Under the pieces are notes generated by a model. It saw nothing but the letters and a program-made list of their open reading frames with translations, was not told where the DNA came from and made no database searches. 35,065 bases of DNA from a virus. Taxonomy: Duplodnaviria > Heunggongvirae > Uroviricota > Caudoviricetes. Made by a program: the position numbers and the translations under genes. The stretch lies in IMG/VR virus record IMGVR_UViG_2778261624_000006; one strand, given 5' to 3'. Below, piece by piece: positions 1 to 10,088 of this stretch; the stretch's first letter is position 1, and each line of letters opens with the position of its first letter.

Positions 1-97
1 AAAATAATCTCGGTGTGAGATGCTTTACGTCTTCCAAGCCCCCTTCCTTGCCGTAAATGGAAAGATACATCTAATTATAGAATTTATATGTTTTACC

Positions 98-673
98 CTA
101 CGGCAGTGCTGGCCATTCAATATCCTGTGCAGTTGACGTATCAACACGGTTCAGCAACACCCGATACTTTTTCCAGGCTTCCAGCAATGAGGTTTCTTCC
201 TCCGTTGCGATTTCCAGATCTACAGCATCCTGAAGTGGCGCAATATGCTCACTGGCTACCTGCATCAGGCTGTTTTTTGTTTCTTCCGCCTCTCGGATCC
301 GGAACAGTTTTTCTGCTTCTGCATCTTTCACCCAGGCTGTGCCGTTCCACTTCTGAAACTCCCCTTCCGGCGATAACCAGGTAACATTTTCCGGTAACGG
401 ACCGAGTTCAGAAATAAATAACGCGTCCCCTGACGCTACGTCATAAACCGTTTTACCCCGATGGTCTTCAACGAGATGCCACGATGCCTTATCACTGTTG
501 AAAACAGCCACAAAGCCAGCAGGAATATCTGGTGGTGCAATATCGGTACTGTTTGCTGGCAGACCTGTATGAGGCGGAATATATGCGTCACCTTCACCAA
601 TAAATTCATTAGTTCCGGCCAGCAGATTATAAATTTTTATGGTCCGTGGTTGTTCACTCATTCTGAATGCCAT
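98..673 (-). CDS. tfa: tail fiber assembly protein (Tfa)
   Basis: 191-aa ORF immediately downstream of and overlapping the side tail fiber gene; sequence recalled as lambdoid Tfa; stop TAG at 98-100. Confidence 0.85.
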   Translation of the reverse strand: MAFRMSEQPRTIKIYNLLAGTNEFIGEGDAYIPPHTGLPANSTDIAPPDIPAGFVAVFNSDKASWHLVEDHRGKTVYDVASGDALFISELGPLPENVTWLSPEGEFQKWNGTAWVKDAEAEKLFRIREAEETKNSLMQVASEHIAPLQDAVDLEIATEEETSLLEAWKKYRVLLNRVDTSTAQDIEWPALP

Positions 674-3639
674 TATGCAAGCCTCACAATATAGTTAAAT
701 GCGATGTTTTTGACGGTGTTTTCCGCGTTACCAGCAGCGTTAACGGTGATGGTGTGTCCATGTGAACCAATCGCAACGGAGTGCGTATGAGCACCAATAC
801 CGACAGTATGCGCGTGTGCACCTGCAGATGCTGCTGTGCCGGACAGTGAATGGCTATGATTACCATCTGTACTGGTATTCGCTAACCACCCCGTAGACAT
901 ACCTACTGAGCCTTGTACACCCCAGGTATTTTGACCTGAGCTTGTATAACCATATTGATAAGTATCTTTAAAAACACTGGGGTTAAATCGACGGCCATCT
1001 CTATGGCTGTGATTACCAGCTGCATTCGTGCTGCCACTTAAACTATGGGTATGCGCACCAGTGTTATTCGTGGATTTAGTGCCGTAATCAAACGACGATG
1101 TGGTTTTCGTCCCCAAATCCGTACTGGATGCGCTGGCGCTGTGGGTATGCGATTTAATGCCGTCCTGTTCCTGAGACAATACGGCCCGACCACTGGCAGG
1201 TTTGCCCTTAATCGTCCAGCCACGCATATCAGGGATCACGCCTGACGGATAAGCGGCTGCAAGTTTCGGGTATGCAGATTTGTCAAAAGTCTGCCCCTGC
1301 ATCAGGGCATAGCCAGACGGAACGGTATCTGATGGCCACGGGATTGGTGCGCCAGGCGGATAAAACTGCTCTGATGGCGTATAGAGTGAATAAACTGTAC
1401 CGTCCGTTAACCCTTCCGGCTTATTAGCAGAATATGCTGGTGACGTATGAATCGTCACGCTGGCATTACTGGTATAATCCCATTGAATATTTACACCAGT
1501 CGCATAATTTCCGATTGCAACGTAAATATCGTAAGTATCACCAGATGTATTGACCCAGGCAAAATTTGTAAACCCTGTCGATGTGCGCTGCCATAAAGCA
1601 CCAGTAATCCCCTTCGGATTACCATTACCTGCACGTAAAACAAGTTCAGATATACCTGCCTGTTGAGGTGACCCCACGTTAAATCCAGCGCCACCAATCA
1701 ACGTAATTGAAACAACAGAACTCGCCTGTGGCATGGTTACCGTTGCTAATTTGAACCAACCAGCACCACCGCTGAATGACATTGTTGTTGAGTTAAGCGT
1801 ACCAATATCTTTCGGCGTCAGTGTTATATCCGCTGAAAGCGCCTTACCATTCACCTTACGGGCAGAAGGTACCCGACCATTCGCATTGTCATTAGCTGCT
1901 TTCACTGCTTTCGGTGTCGCAGCAAGCGTTTCAGATGTGCTGTTGGTTGCACTACTGAGCTGGACAATTCCTTTTTGTGCTGTCGTAGCGTCCTGTGCGG
2001 TGTATTTCCCGTTAGCCAGGTCATACGCGGCCTTAACGGCTTTTGGCGTTGCCGCCTGTGACTCGGAAGTGCTGTTAGTCGCACTGCTGAGCTGAACTAT
2101 CCCTTTCTGTGCTGTCGTTGCATCCTGTGCGGTGTATTTCCCGTTAGCCAGGTCATACGCGGCCTTAACGGCTTTTGGCGTTGCCGCCTGTGACTCGGAA
2201 GTGCTGTTGGTCGCACTGCTGAGCTGTACTATCCCCTTTTTCGTCGTGCTCGCATCCTCAAGCGCCACGGCGGATGCAATATCCTCTGCCCGTTTTGCTG
2301 CTGTCTCGGCGCGCGTTGCCGCGGATTCCGCCGTACTTTTGCTCTGTGCTGCCGCTGCCGCACTGCCAGCAGCCTCTGTCGCCTTCGTGGATGCCGTCGT
2401 GGCGCTGCCCCTCGCTGCTGACGCCTGTCTGGTCGCCTCATCTTTTGAAGCAGACGCAGATGATGCCGATGACGCCGCCGAACTGGCGGACGATGCGGCA
2501 GCCGTTTTTGAGGATTCTGCGCTGGTTTCCGACGCTTTCGCGTTCGTTTCGGATGTCTTCGCTGCGGAAGCAGACCTCGCTGCTGCGCTGGCCTGTTCAG
2601 TGGCTTCGCCAGCCTTCGTTGTGGCTGTTGAAGCGGATGATGCGGCGCTTTCTGCCGATTTTCCGGCGGCGGTGGCACTGACTGCTGCCTCCTCTGCCTT
2701 AATGGACGCCTCACGGGCCGATGATGCAGCTGCTGTCTCAGAGTCTGCCGCAGCTGAGGCGCTCTGTTCCGCTGCCGTTTCAGAAGACCTGGCATTCGTC
2801 TCGGACGTTTTTGCCGCCTTCACGGAATTTCCTGCCGCCGTTGCCGAGGAGGCTGCACTGCTGGCGCTTGTGGAGGCGTTCGTTTCTGATGATTTTGCCG
2901 CCTCTTTGGAGGCCGCCGCATCTCTGGCTGAAGTGGCGGCTTCTGACGCTTTCGTCGTCGCAGTGGATGCAGAAGTGGCTGCTGATTTTTGTGACGCTGC
3001 AGCATTCGTTTCTGACGTTTTCGCCGCACCGGCACTGGTGGCCGCCGCGCTTTTTGAGGACTCTGCAGCGGCAGCACTTTTTGATGCTTCAGTGGCCTTT
3101 GTTGATGCCGTTCCTGCGCTGGAAGACGCCTCCTGAGCCGAAGTCGCGGCCTGTCCGGCTGACGTGCTGGCTGCACGCGCTGAGCCTGCAGCATCAGTCG
3201 CATGGGTTGCCGCCTCACGGGCAGATGTGCCGGCATCACTGGCTGACTTCTTCGCGGCTGCCGTGTTCTGTGCCACCGCGGACGCGTTACGCGTCACCTC
3301 TTCCACCATCAGTTCAAAACGGCGCAGAGCCTCCGGACGGGCATCATCCTCCGTCATGGCACCGAGAAAATCATTCAGCGTACCGGGTCGGGAATCTTCA
3401 TACACGGTGATGGTCCCGGCATGTGACGGCGGGAATCCTTCCACCAACAGAATAACGCTGTACTGACCGTACTCAACGTCCATGCTGTAACGCCCGGCTT
3501 CATCCGGATTTTCTGAGGCCAGCGTGTTCACCACCACCGTGGTGCTGTTACGTTTTGCTTTCAGCTGGATTGTGCAGTTCTGTACCGGTTTTCCTGTGCC
3601 GTCTTTCAGTACACCTGAAATCTTTACTGCCATATTCAC
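673..3639 (-). CDS. stf: side tail fiber protein (Stf), 988 aa, with long Ala/Ser/Thr-rich region, three tandem 45-aa repeats and His-rich HxH motifs near the C-terminus
   Basis: Single long ORF after lom in the lambda gene order; conserved N-terminus; repeat unit [44 protein letters not shown] seen three times; GAHTHS, GNHSHS and GAHAHT motifs. Confidence 0.85.
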   Translation of the reverse strand: MNMAVKISGVLKDGTGKPVQNCTIQLKAKRNSTTVVVNTLASENPDEAGRYSMDVEYGQYSVILLVEGFPPSHAGTITVYEDSRPGTLNDFLGAMTEDDARPEALRRFELMVEEVTRNASAVAQNTAAAKKSASDAGTSAREAATHATDAAGSARAASTSAGQAATSAQEASSSAGTASTKATEASKSAAAAESSKSAAATSAGAAKTSETNAAASQKSAATSASTATTKASEAATSARDAAASKEAAKSSETNASTSASSAASSATAAGNSVKAAKTSETNARSSETAAEQSASAAADSETAAASSAREASIKAEEAAVSATAAGKSAESAASSASTATTKAGEATEQASAAARSASAAKTSETNAKASETSAESSKTAAASSASSAASSASSASASKDEATRQASAARGSATTASTKATEAAGSAAAAAQSKSTAESAATRAETAAKRAEDIASAVALEDASTTKKGIVQLSSATNSTSESQAATPKAVKAAYDLANGKYTAQDATTAQKGIVQLSSATNSTSESQAATPKAVKAAYDLANGKYTAQDATTAQKGIVQLSSATNSTSETLAATPKAVKAANDNANGRVPSARKVNGKALSADITLTPKDIGTLNSTTMSFSGGAGWFKLATVTMPQASSVVSITLIGGAGFNVGSPQQAGISELVLRAGNGNPKGITGALWQRTSTGFTNFAWVNTSGDTYDIYVAIGNYATGVNIQWDYTSNASVTIHTSPAYSANKPEGLTDGTVYSLYTPSEQFYPPGAPIPWPSDTVPSGYALMQGQTFDKSAYPKLAAAYPSGVIPDMRGWTIKGKPASGRAVLSQEQDGIKSHTHSASASSTDLGTKTTSSFDYGTKSTNNTGAHTHSLSGSTNAAGNHSHRDGRRFNPSVFKDTYQYGYTSSGQNTWGVQGSVGMSTGWLANTSTDGNHSHSLSGTAASAGAHAHTVGIGAHTHSVAIGSHGHTITVNAAGNAENTVKNIAFNYIVRLA
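1837..2241. repeat. three tandem ~135-bp direct repeats inside stf (two near-identical copies ~1972-2106 and ~2107-2241, one diverged copy ~1837-1971)
   Basis: Direct reading of the DNA: the same ~135-bp string recurs back to back; encodes the 45-aa fiber repeat. Confidence 0.8.
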
Positions 3640-3642
3640 CCC

Positions 3643-3670
3643 ACAAAAAAGCCCGCCTGAACCGGCGGGC
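3643..3670 (-). terminator. putative rho-independent terminator downstream of lom
   Basis: GC hairpin GCCCGCC-TGAACC-GGCGGGC followed on the minus strand by TTTTTTGTGG. Confidence 0.5.
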
Positions 3671-3697
3671 TGTCATAACACTGTGTTACCTGGCTAA

Positions 3698-4297
3698 TCA
3701 GAACTTATAACCGACACCCACGATGAAACCGTCAGTGCGCCAGTCGCCACTGCCGGAGCCTTCATAAGCAATATCAATGGCCACGGATTCGGTCGGGTTA
3801 AACTGCACGCCAGCTCCCCACGCCAGAGACGTGTTGCTGTGGCGACCGTCATCACTTCCGGTCAGCACGTCGTGCGTTTTCCCCTTGTTGTCAGTTACGC
3901 GGAGATAATCCCCGGAGAAAGTCGACACACGGCTGTAAGCCACACCCGCCATCGCATACGCGCTGAACCATTCATTCACGCGCACAGACGGCCCCGCCAT
4001 TACGCTGAACCAGCGGTTACGAACGGAATCTTCATGCCAGCGAGTATCGCTGTAATGGGTCAGCTGGCGATTCTTGTCTCCTGCATAGCTGAATGACGTC
4101 ACCAGCCCCAGCGTATCCGTAAACTCATAACGGTATTTCACGTTAATCCCGTTCAGATCATCACTGCCGGGAACGTTGGTCCGGGCATGAAGATACCCCG
4201 CGCTCAGCGTGGACTGATGTTCAGAGGCCCATGCAGGCGCACCGGATACGGCCAGACAAATGGCTGCGGACAAAATGGCGGCACAAACTTTACGCAT
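3698..4297 (-). CDS. lom: outer membrane protein Lom (Ail/Lom family)
   Basis: 199-aa ORF with signal peptide and beta-barrel-like sequence ending in a C-terminal Phe; lies between J and stf as in lambda. Confidence 0.9.
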   Translation of the reverse strand: MRKVCAAILSAAICLAVSGAPAWASEHQSTLSAGYLHARTNVPGSDDLNGINVKYRYEFTDTLGLVTSFSYAGDKNRQLTHYSDTRWHEDSVRNRWFSVMAGPSVRVNEWFSAYAMAGVAYSRVSTFSGDYLRVTDNKGKTHDVLTGSDDGRHSNTSLAWGAGVQFNPTESVAIDIAYEGSGSGDWRTDGFIVGVGYKF

Positions 4298-4320
4298 AAT
4301 TACCTCTCGCTTTTCTGCAA

Positions 4321-4345
4321 TAAAAAAGGCGTCATTCCTGACGCC
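4321..4345 (-). terminator. putative rho-independent terminator downstream of J
   Basis: Hairpin GGCGTCA-TTCC-TGACGCC followed on the minus strand by TTTTTTATT. Confidence 0.5.
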
Positions 4346-4367
4346 ATTTATTGGGGTTATAAATATT

Positions 4368-7300
4368 TCAACGAATACTGATGCCGGAAGACGCTTTTTT
4401 GGTCACAATCACCGTACAGTCGGTGATATTGCCTGCCCCCTGATTGCCTTTCTGGAAAATCTTAAACTCCAGAGTGACGCTACCACCACCACTAGGCATA
4501 TCAATAACTGCACTGTAATTTCCGCTCCCCGGATCGTCATACGCTATACCGTTAAAAATAATGGGCGGAATAATAATCTGGCGGTCAAAGTTATGATCAT
4601 CGCTGATGGTGACTGTAACCGTACCGTTTGGTGTTTCCGTGTTACCCCACGTACCGACTTTTTTCGGGAAGGCTTTTGATACAGCTTTAACGAAATCCCC
4701 TCTGACCAGGGTCGCCTCCAGCATGCCCTTAATCGTACAGTTCTGGTTAATCGTGACATTGTTGAGCGTTCCTGAGTTCGCATTCACACTACCACTGATA
4801 TCCGCATTTTTAGCGGTCAGCTTTCCGTCTGATGTCAGGGAAAATACCGGAGGACTGCCACCGCTGGTAATGGCGGGGGCTGTCAGGCGCTTCAGGAACA
4901 CGTCGTTCATGAATATCTGGTTGCCCTGCGCCACAAACATCGGCGTTTCATTCCCGTTTGCCGGGTCAATAAACGCGATACGGTTAGCGGCAACCAGAAA
5001 CTGGCTCAGTTTGCCTTCCTCCGTGTCCTCCATGCTGAGGCCAATACCCGCGACATAATGTTTGCCGTCTTTGGTCTGCTCAATTTTGACGCCCCACATG
5101 GCATTCCATTTATCGTTAGCGTCCTGCCACTCTTTCGAAAACTCATCCAGTCTGCTGGCGTTATCCTCCGTCAGATCAACTTTTTCCAGCAGCTCCTTGC
5201 CGAGATGGGATTCGGTTATCTTGCCTTTGAAAAAATCCAGGTAACCTTCCGCATCATCGCTCGCCCGACCGACGGCCTCCACGAATGCCGATTTGCCAAC
5301 GGTGTTCACACTGCGGATATAAAAGTAATAATCATGGCCCGGTTTGATATTGATACTGGCGGCTATCCAGTACAGCGCCGTACCAAGATAGCGGGCTGTG
5401 GTTTCTACCTGCCTGATATCGGTAATCCGCGTTTCCGAGAACCAGAACTCAAACTGTACCGTCGGGTCATAAACGGCAAGATGCGGCGTGGCGGTTATCT
5501 GAAAATAGCCCGGCGTCAGCTCAATCCGCGACGGCACTGCAGGTGCGGCAATCCGGAACGATACCGATGCCGGATCGCCCTGCTGCCCCCGGGCATTTAC
5601 CGCCCGGACTGTCAGCCTGTAGTTCCCCAGCGCCAGTTGCGTGAAGCGGTATGTGGTTTCCGCCGTCCGGGCTGTGCTGACCAGCCGCTCACTGCCGTCA
5701 TCCGCTGCCACGGTCAGGCGAAGCATGAAACTCACGCCCTTCACCACCTTCGGCGTATCCCAGCGAGCCAGTACCTGATACTCCCCGCTGTCTGCGGTAA
5801 CTTCGGCAGTCAGGTGCTGCACTGCTGGCGGCGTGACACCATTCACCGTGCCGCTCTGGTCGCCGTCAAAGTGCGCCCCGTTATCCACGATGGCTTCTTT
5901 TTCCGGTACATGCTGCACGGCGGTGATGGCATACGTGCCGTCGTCGTTCTCACGGATACTCACGCAGCGGAACAGGCGCTGGCGCAGCGTCGGCAGCTTC
6001 AGCCCCCACACGCTGTATCCGGCAACGCCGTCAGGAACACGGCTCACTTTTACCTTCACGCCGTCGGTGACGGACTGGACCTCCACGCTGACCGGATTGC
6101 CACTTCCGTCAACCAGGCTTATCAGCGTGGTACCGGAGGATGGCAGCGTGATTTCACGGTCGAGCGTCAGCGTCCGGATCTGGCTGTTTACCGCCAGCAC
6201 GCGCCCGCCGATGCTGATACCGGCATAGTCATCATCACAGATTTCAATGACATCGCCCGGCACATGGCGAAGCCCTTCTGCGCCCACGCTGAAGTCCACG
6301 GTCTGCGTTTCCAGCAGCTCCGTTTTAATCAGCCACAGCCCGGTTCGGTGTGCCTGCCCCCGGCTGGTACAGCCAAAGGCATCCATCTTCGTGACATTAC
6401 GACCGTAACGGGCAATGGCCTGCGTGTCCTCCACAAGCTCTGTTGCCGTTTCCCAGCCGTTATCCGGGTCAATCCAGTTCACCTCAACGGCATTATGGCG
6501 GTCCTTCAGGGCGCTGAAACTGTAGCGGAACGGCGCGCCATCATCCAGCATCACCACATTACTGCGGTTATAGGTCCACACCTTATCCGACGGCCGGTCC
6601 TGCACGAACGTCAGCGTCTGCCCGTTCCATACCGGCATACAGCGCATCGCCGAGCAGAAATCACTGAGCACATCCCACGCCTTACGCTGTGTGGTCAGGT
6701 ACGCATTACAGGTGATGCGCGGCTCCGTACCGCCAAAACCGTCCGGCACCGACTGGTCGCAGTACTGGCCGATGACATACAGCGCCCATTTATCCACATC
6801 TGCCGCACCAAGACGTTTCCCCATGCCGTAGCGCGGGTGGGTCAGCATATCCCACAGACACCAGGCCATGTTGTTGCTGTATGCCGGTTTTAACGTTCCG
6901 TCCCAGATACCGCTGTATTGCCGCGTCTGCGGGTTATAGTTCGACGGCACCTGCAGAATGCGCCCGCGAAGATGATAATTACGGCTCACCTGCTGGCTGC
7001 CGAACTGCTCCGAATCCACCTGTACGCCGACCAGTGCCGTATTCGGGTAGCACTGTTTCACATCGATGATTTCGGTGTATGACGACCAGAGCGTTTTGTT
7101 CTGCAGCTGGTCTGTGGTGCTGTCCGGCGTCATCCTGCGCATCCGTATATTGAACGGGCGCGGCGGCAGGTTACCCACCACCACCGAGGCCAGATACTGC
7201 GAGGTGGTTTTGCCCTTAATGGTGATGTCTTTTTCCGTCACCCAGCCACCATTACGCTGTATCTGAACCAGCAGGCGAACTTCCGACGGATTCCGGTCCC

Positions 7301-7682
7301 CCTTTGAGGTGGTTTCCACCAGTGCCTGCACACCGAAGGTAAAGCGCAGTCGGTCAATGTTTGCCGACGTGATGGTCCGGGTGATCGGCGTGTCGTATTT
7401 CACTTCCGTACCCAGCACCGTCTCGGAGCCGGAGGATTCAAATCCCTCCGGCGGTGTCTGCTCCTGCTCACCGGCCCGGAACACCACCGTGACGCCGGAG
7501 ATGTTGGTATTCCCCTCACTGTCCAGCACTGGCGTACTGTTCAGCAGCACGCTTTTTAATCCATCCACCGGACCTTCAACCGGCCCTTCGCTGATGGCAT
7601 CGATCACACTCAGCAACTGCGTGGACTTCAGGTTGTCCTTCGTTTCGCGCGGAGTATGCCCCTTACTGCTGCCTTTACCCAT
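4368..7682 (-). CDS. J: tail tip host specificity protein J (central tail fiber), 1104 aa; C-terminal region differs from lambda J
   Basis: N-terminal ~950 aa recalled as near-identical to lambda J; ATG at 7682; the last ~150 aa do not match my recollection of lambda J and the protein is 28 aa shorter. Confidence 0.95.
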   Translation of the reverse strand: MGKGSSKGHTPRETKDNLKSTQLLSVIDAISEGPVEGPVDGLKSVLLNSTPVLDSEGNTNISGVTVVFRAGEQEQTPPEGFESSGSETVLGTEVKYDTPITRTITSANIDRLRFTFGVQALVETTSKGDRNPSEVRLLVQIQRNGGWVTEKDITIKGKTTSQYLASVVVGNLPPRPFNIRMRRMTPDSTTDQLQNKTLWSSYTEIIDVKQCYPNTALVGVQVDSEQFGSQQVSRNYHLRGRILQVPSNYNPQTRQYSGIWDGTLKPAYSNNMAWCLWDMLTHPRYGMGKRLGAADVDKWALYVIGQYCDQSVPDGFGGTEPRITCNAYLTTQRKAWDVLSDFCSAMRCMPVWNGQTLTFVQDRPSDKVWTYNRSNVVMLDDGAPFRYSFSALKDRHNAVEVNWIDPDNGWETATELVEDTQAIARYGRNVTKMDAFGCTSRGQAHRTGLWLIKTELLETQTVDFSVGAEGLRHVPGDVIEICDDDYAGISIGGRVLAVNSQIRTLTLDREITLPSSGTTLISLVDGSGNPVSVEVQSVTDGVKVKVSRVPDGVAGYSVWGLKLPTLRQRLFRCVSIRENDDGTYAITAVQHVPEKEAIVDNGAHFDGDQSGTVNGVTPPAVQHLTAEVTADSGEYQVLARWDTPKVVKGVSFMLRLTVAADDGSERLVSTARTAETTYRFTQLALGNYRLTVRAVNARGQQGDPASVSFRIAAPAVPSRIELTPGYFQITATPHLAVYDPTVQFEFWFSETRITDIRQVETTARYLGTALYWIAASINIKPGHDYYFYIRSVNTVGKSAFVEAVGRASDDAEGYLDFFKGKITESHLGKELLEKVDLTEDNASRLDEFSKEWQDANDKWNAMWGVKIEQTKDGKHYVAGIGLSMEDTEEGKLSQFLVAANRIAFIDPANGNETPMFVAQGNQIFMNDVFLKRLTAPAITSGGSPPVFSLTSDGKLTAKNADISGSVNANSGTLNNVTINQNCTIKGMLEATLVRGDFVKAVSKAFPKKVGTWGNTETPNGTVTVTISDDHNFDRQIIIPPIIFNGIAYDDPGSGNYSAVIDMPSGGGSVTLEFKIFQKGNQGAGNITDCTVIVTKKASSGISIR

Positions 7683-7742
7683 TCCTCACGCTCCATAAAC
7701 GACAAAACCGCCCGGAAGCGGTTTCACATAAAACGTTTTTCA

Positions 7743-8414
7743 TCAACGACCAATCACCACAACCTGACCACCGTCCCCTTCGTCTGCCGTGCTGATCTCC
7801 TGAGAGACCACCCGCGACCCCACGCGCATTTCACCGTACAGAACGGGCAGAACATTGCCCTGGGCAACCATGTTATCCAGTGAGGAGAAATAGGTGTTCT
7901 GCTTACCGTTATCCGTTGTCTGTGTACGGGGAGTTCTGGCTTTCGGTGCCAGCATCTGCGCCACACCACCGAGCACCATACTGGCACCGAGAGAAAACAG
8001 GATGCCGGTCATACCACCGGCCCCAATGGCTGCCCCCCATGCTGCAAGGGTGGCTCCGGCGGTAAAGAATGATCCGGCAATGGCGGCAGCCCCCAGGACA
8101 ATCTGGAATACGCCACCTGACTTGGCCCCGGCGACTCTGGGAACAATATGAATCACAGCGCCATCAGGCAGAGTCTCATGTAACTGAGCCGTTAACCCGG
8201 ACGTGCTGACGTCCCGCCCGGCAATCCGTACCTGATACCAGCCGTCGCTCAGTTTCTGACGAAACGCCGGGAGCTGTGTGGCCAGTGCCCGGATGGCTTC
8301 AGCCCCCGTTTTCACACGAAGGTCGATGCGGCGACCAAATCGTTGTAAATCCCCGTAAAGGCAGATGCGCGCCATGCCCGGTGACGCCAGAGGGAGTGTG
8401 TGCGTCGCTGCCAT
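7743..8414 (-). CDS. I: tail tip assembly protein I
   Basis: 223 aa, same length and position as lambda I; overlaps the K 3' end by ~100 bp as in lambda. Confidence 0.9.
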   Translation of the reverse strand: MAATHTLPLASPGMARICLYGDLQRFGRRIDLRVKTGAEAIRALATQLPAFRQKLSDGWYQVRIAGRDVSTSGLTAQLHETLPDGAVIHIVPRVAGAKSGGVFQIVLGAAAIAGSFFTAGATLAAWGAAIGAGGMTGILFSLGASMVLGGVAQMLAPKARTPRTQTTDNGKQNTYFSSLDNMVAQGNVLPVLYGEMRVGSRVVSQEISTADEGDGGQVVVIGR

Positions 8415-9055
8415 TTGTCGGTGTACCTCTCTCGTTTGCTCAGTTGTTCAGGAATATGGTGCAGCAGCTCGCCGTCGCCGCAGTAAATTGCGGCGTGATT
8501 CGGCACCGATGAACCAAAACAGCACAGCAGCACATCGCCCGGCTGTGCCGCTGACAACGGCACCTGATACAGCCCCGTCGCCTCCAGATTATCCAGATAG
8601 AGATTCTGGCCGTTACGCCACCAGTCATCCTCACGATGAAAGTCCGGCATCTCAATCCCCGCCAGATGATAAGCATCCCGGAACAGTGTGTAACAGTCCG
8701 TCACACCGTGCTCAAAGCGCCGCCCGGTGAGATGCGGCACACAGCGGAACTTATGAATCGTCCCCCGGCAGACCAGCCACCACGGCAAATCACTCTGCAC
8801 CTGCAGCCGCCGGTCGGCCTCACTCAGCCAGGGTAGACCACCGGGGTGGCTGTGGACCAGCGCCACAATCTCACCCTGCATTTCTGCCTGCAGCCAGTCT
8901 TCCGGCGACATACGGAAATACGCCTCCGGCTCACCGGAGATATTCACGCAGGGGAAATATCTTTCCCCCTCCGGCGTGCTTACCACGAAGCCGCACGACT
9001 CCGCTGGCGCACATCGCCGGGCGTGCGCCAGAATCGCTGATTCTGTCTGTGTCAT
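8312..9055 (-). CDS. K: tail tip assembly protein K (MPN/JAMM domain plus NlpC/P60 domain); 247-aa reading, classic 199-aa start would be at 8911
   Basis: JAMM-like motif HSHPGGLPWLSEAD; Cys/His NlpC/P60-type C-terminus; the ORF begins 5 bp after the L stop. Confidence 0.85.
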   Translation of the reverse strand: MTQTESAILAHARRCAPAESCGFVVSTPEGERYFPCVNISGEPEAYFRMSPEDWLQAEMQGEIVALVHSHPGGLPWLSEADRRLQVQSDLPWWLVCRGTIHKFRCVPHLTGRRFEHGVTDCYTLFRDAYHLAGIEMPDFHREDDWWRNGQNLYLDNLEATGLYQVPLSAAQPGDVLLCCFGSSVPNHAAIYCGDGELLHHIPEQLSKRERYTDKWQRRTHSLWRHRAWRASAFTGIYNDLVAASTFV

Positions 9056-9060
9056 GGGAT

Positions 9061-9759
9061 TTACTGCGAAAGTTTGTTAATGGAAAGGAAGCCGCCAAAG
9101 TTGCCGACGTTATTGCGGAACTTACAACCGCTCAGGCATTTGCTGCATTTATCCTTCGTGATATCGGACGTTGGCTGGTCATATTCATCCGCGACAGCCG
9201 GACCGCTATAACCGCACTCGTCACCGCGATAGGTCCAGGTGCAGGTGTTGGCCAGCATGATACGTCCCGGAAAAACAGCGCCATCCGTTTCCGTCGGCGT
9301 GGACAGTACAAAGGAGGCACTCACCGCGCTCAGTTCGCTGCACTGCTCAATGCGCCAGCGGCTGATCACCTCCTGCTCCGGATCGGCGTAACTGTTTCCG
9401 TTGACGAAGTTCACCGCATCCAGAAAACGGGCGTAAACCTTACGCCGGACCACCGTTCCGCCGACCAGACTCTGCATATCTTCCGCCATCCCGGTGACCA
9501 TACCGTACAGGTTAGAAACCGTCAGCGTGGGGCGCGTACTGGTGCCTTTGCCATTCAGTTCAAAACCGCTCCCCTGAATGGGATACGGCTGATACTGTCG
9601 CCCCTGCCAGGTGACCGGCTCACCTTTTTCGTTCTGCTCATTACAGAAAAAATAACGTTCTCCACCGACCTCTGTCAGGTCGATTTCCCAGAGCACCACG
9701 CTGGCCGACTGCTCCGCACGGGTGCATTCATTCAGTGTTTCCTGCCGGATATCCTGCAT
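9061..9759 (-). CDS. L: tail tip protein L
   Basis: 232 aa, length and order as lambda L. Confidence 0.9.
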   Translation of the reverse strand: MQDIRQETLNECTRAEQSASVVLWEIDLTEVGGERYFFCNEQNEKGEPVTWQGRQYQPYPIQGSGFELNGKGTSTRPTLTVSNLYGMVTGMAEDMQSLVGGTVVRRKVYARFLDAVNFVNGNSYADPEQEVISRWRIEQCSELSAVSASFVLSTPTETDGAVFPGRIMLANTCTWTYRGDECGYSGPAVADEYDQPTSDITKDKCSKCLSGCKFRNNVGNFGGFLSINKLSQ

Positions 9760-10088
9760 CAGTTCACCACCTGTTCAAACTCTGCGCTGAACTCAACACG
9801 CAGCATACTGACCCGCGACGACCATTTTGCGCAGGTCACCTTTATCTGCCGCCACTCATAAGGCGGCGTCCACAGAAAGGATTTCCAGCCCCCGTGCTCT
9901 TCCAGAAACGACTCCAGTACCGTGGCCTCCTCACGGGGGACAGAAAGCGTCACGCTGTACGTTTTCAGGTTGGCATTCAGCCCGGCAGGCGCTCGCTGAG
10001 AATAGCCATCACCAAAGCGCACCTTTCTTACAGAAGGGACCGAAGCCACATCCATACCGGGTTTCACTTTCCAGCGGAAGGTCTTCAT
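9759..10088 (-). CDS. M: tail tip protein M
   Basis: 109 aa, length and order as lambda M; overlaps the H stop. Confidence 0.9.
   Translation of the reverse strand: MKTFRWKVKPGMDVASVPSVRKVRFGDGYSQRAPAGLNANLKTYSVTLSVPREEATVLESFLEEHGGWKSFLWTPPYEWRQIKVTCAKWSSRVSMLRVEFSAEFEQVVN

Noticed and set aside
1837-2241. Tandem direct repeats in stf and iterons in O (34255-34370) as possible CRISPR arrays
   Set aside because: Repeats are contiguous with no unique spacers, lie within coding sequence and encode protein repeats or origin iterons.
1733-3466. Several long ORFs on both strands overlapping stf (1733-2095 +, 2132-3136 +, 2229-2795 -, 2274-2681 +, 2721-3410 +, 2820-3239 -, 3164-3466 +)
   Set aside because: They fall in the GC-rich, low-complexity repeat region of stf and translate to Ala-, Arg- or Pro-rich nonsense; the stf frame has a conserved N-terminus and the fiber repeats.
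5058-6893. 611-aa plus-strand ORF antisense to J
   Set aside because: Entirely inside the well-supported J gene; Arg/His-rich composition typical of antisense reading of a GC-rich gene.
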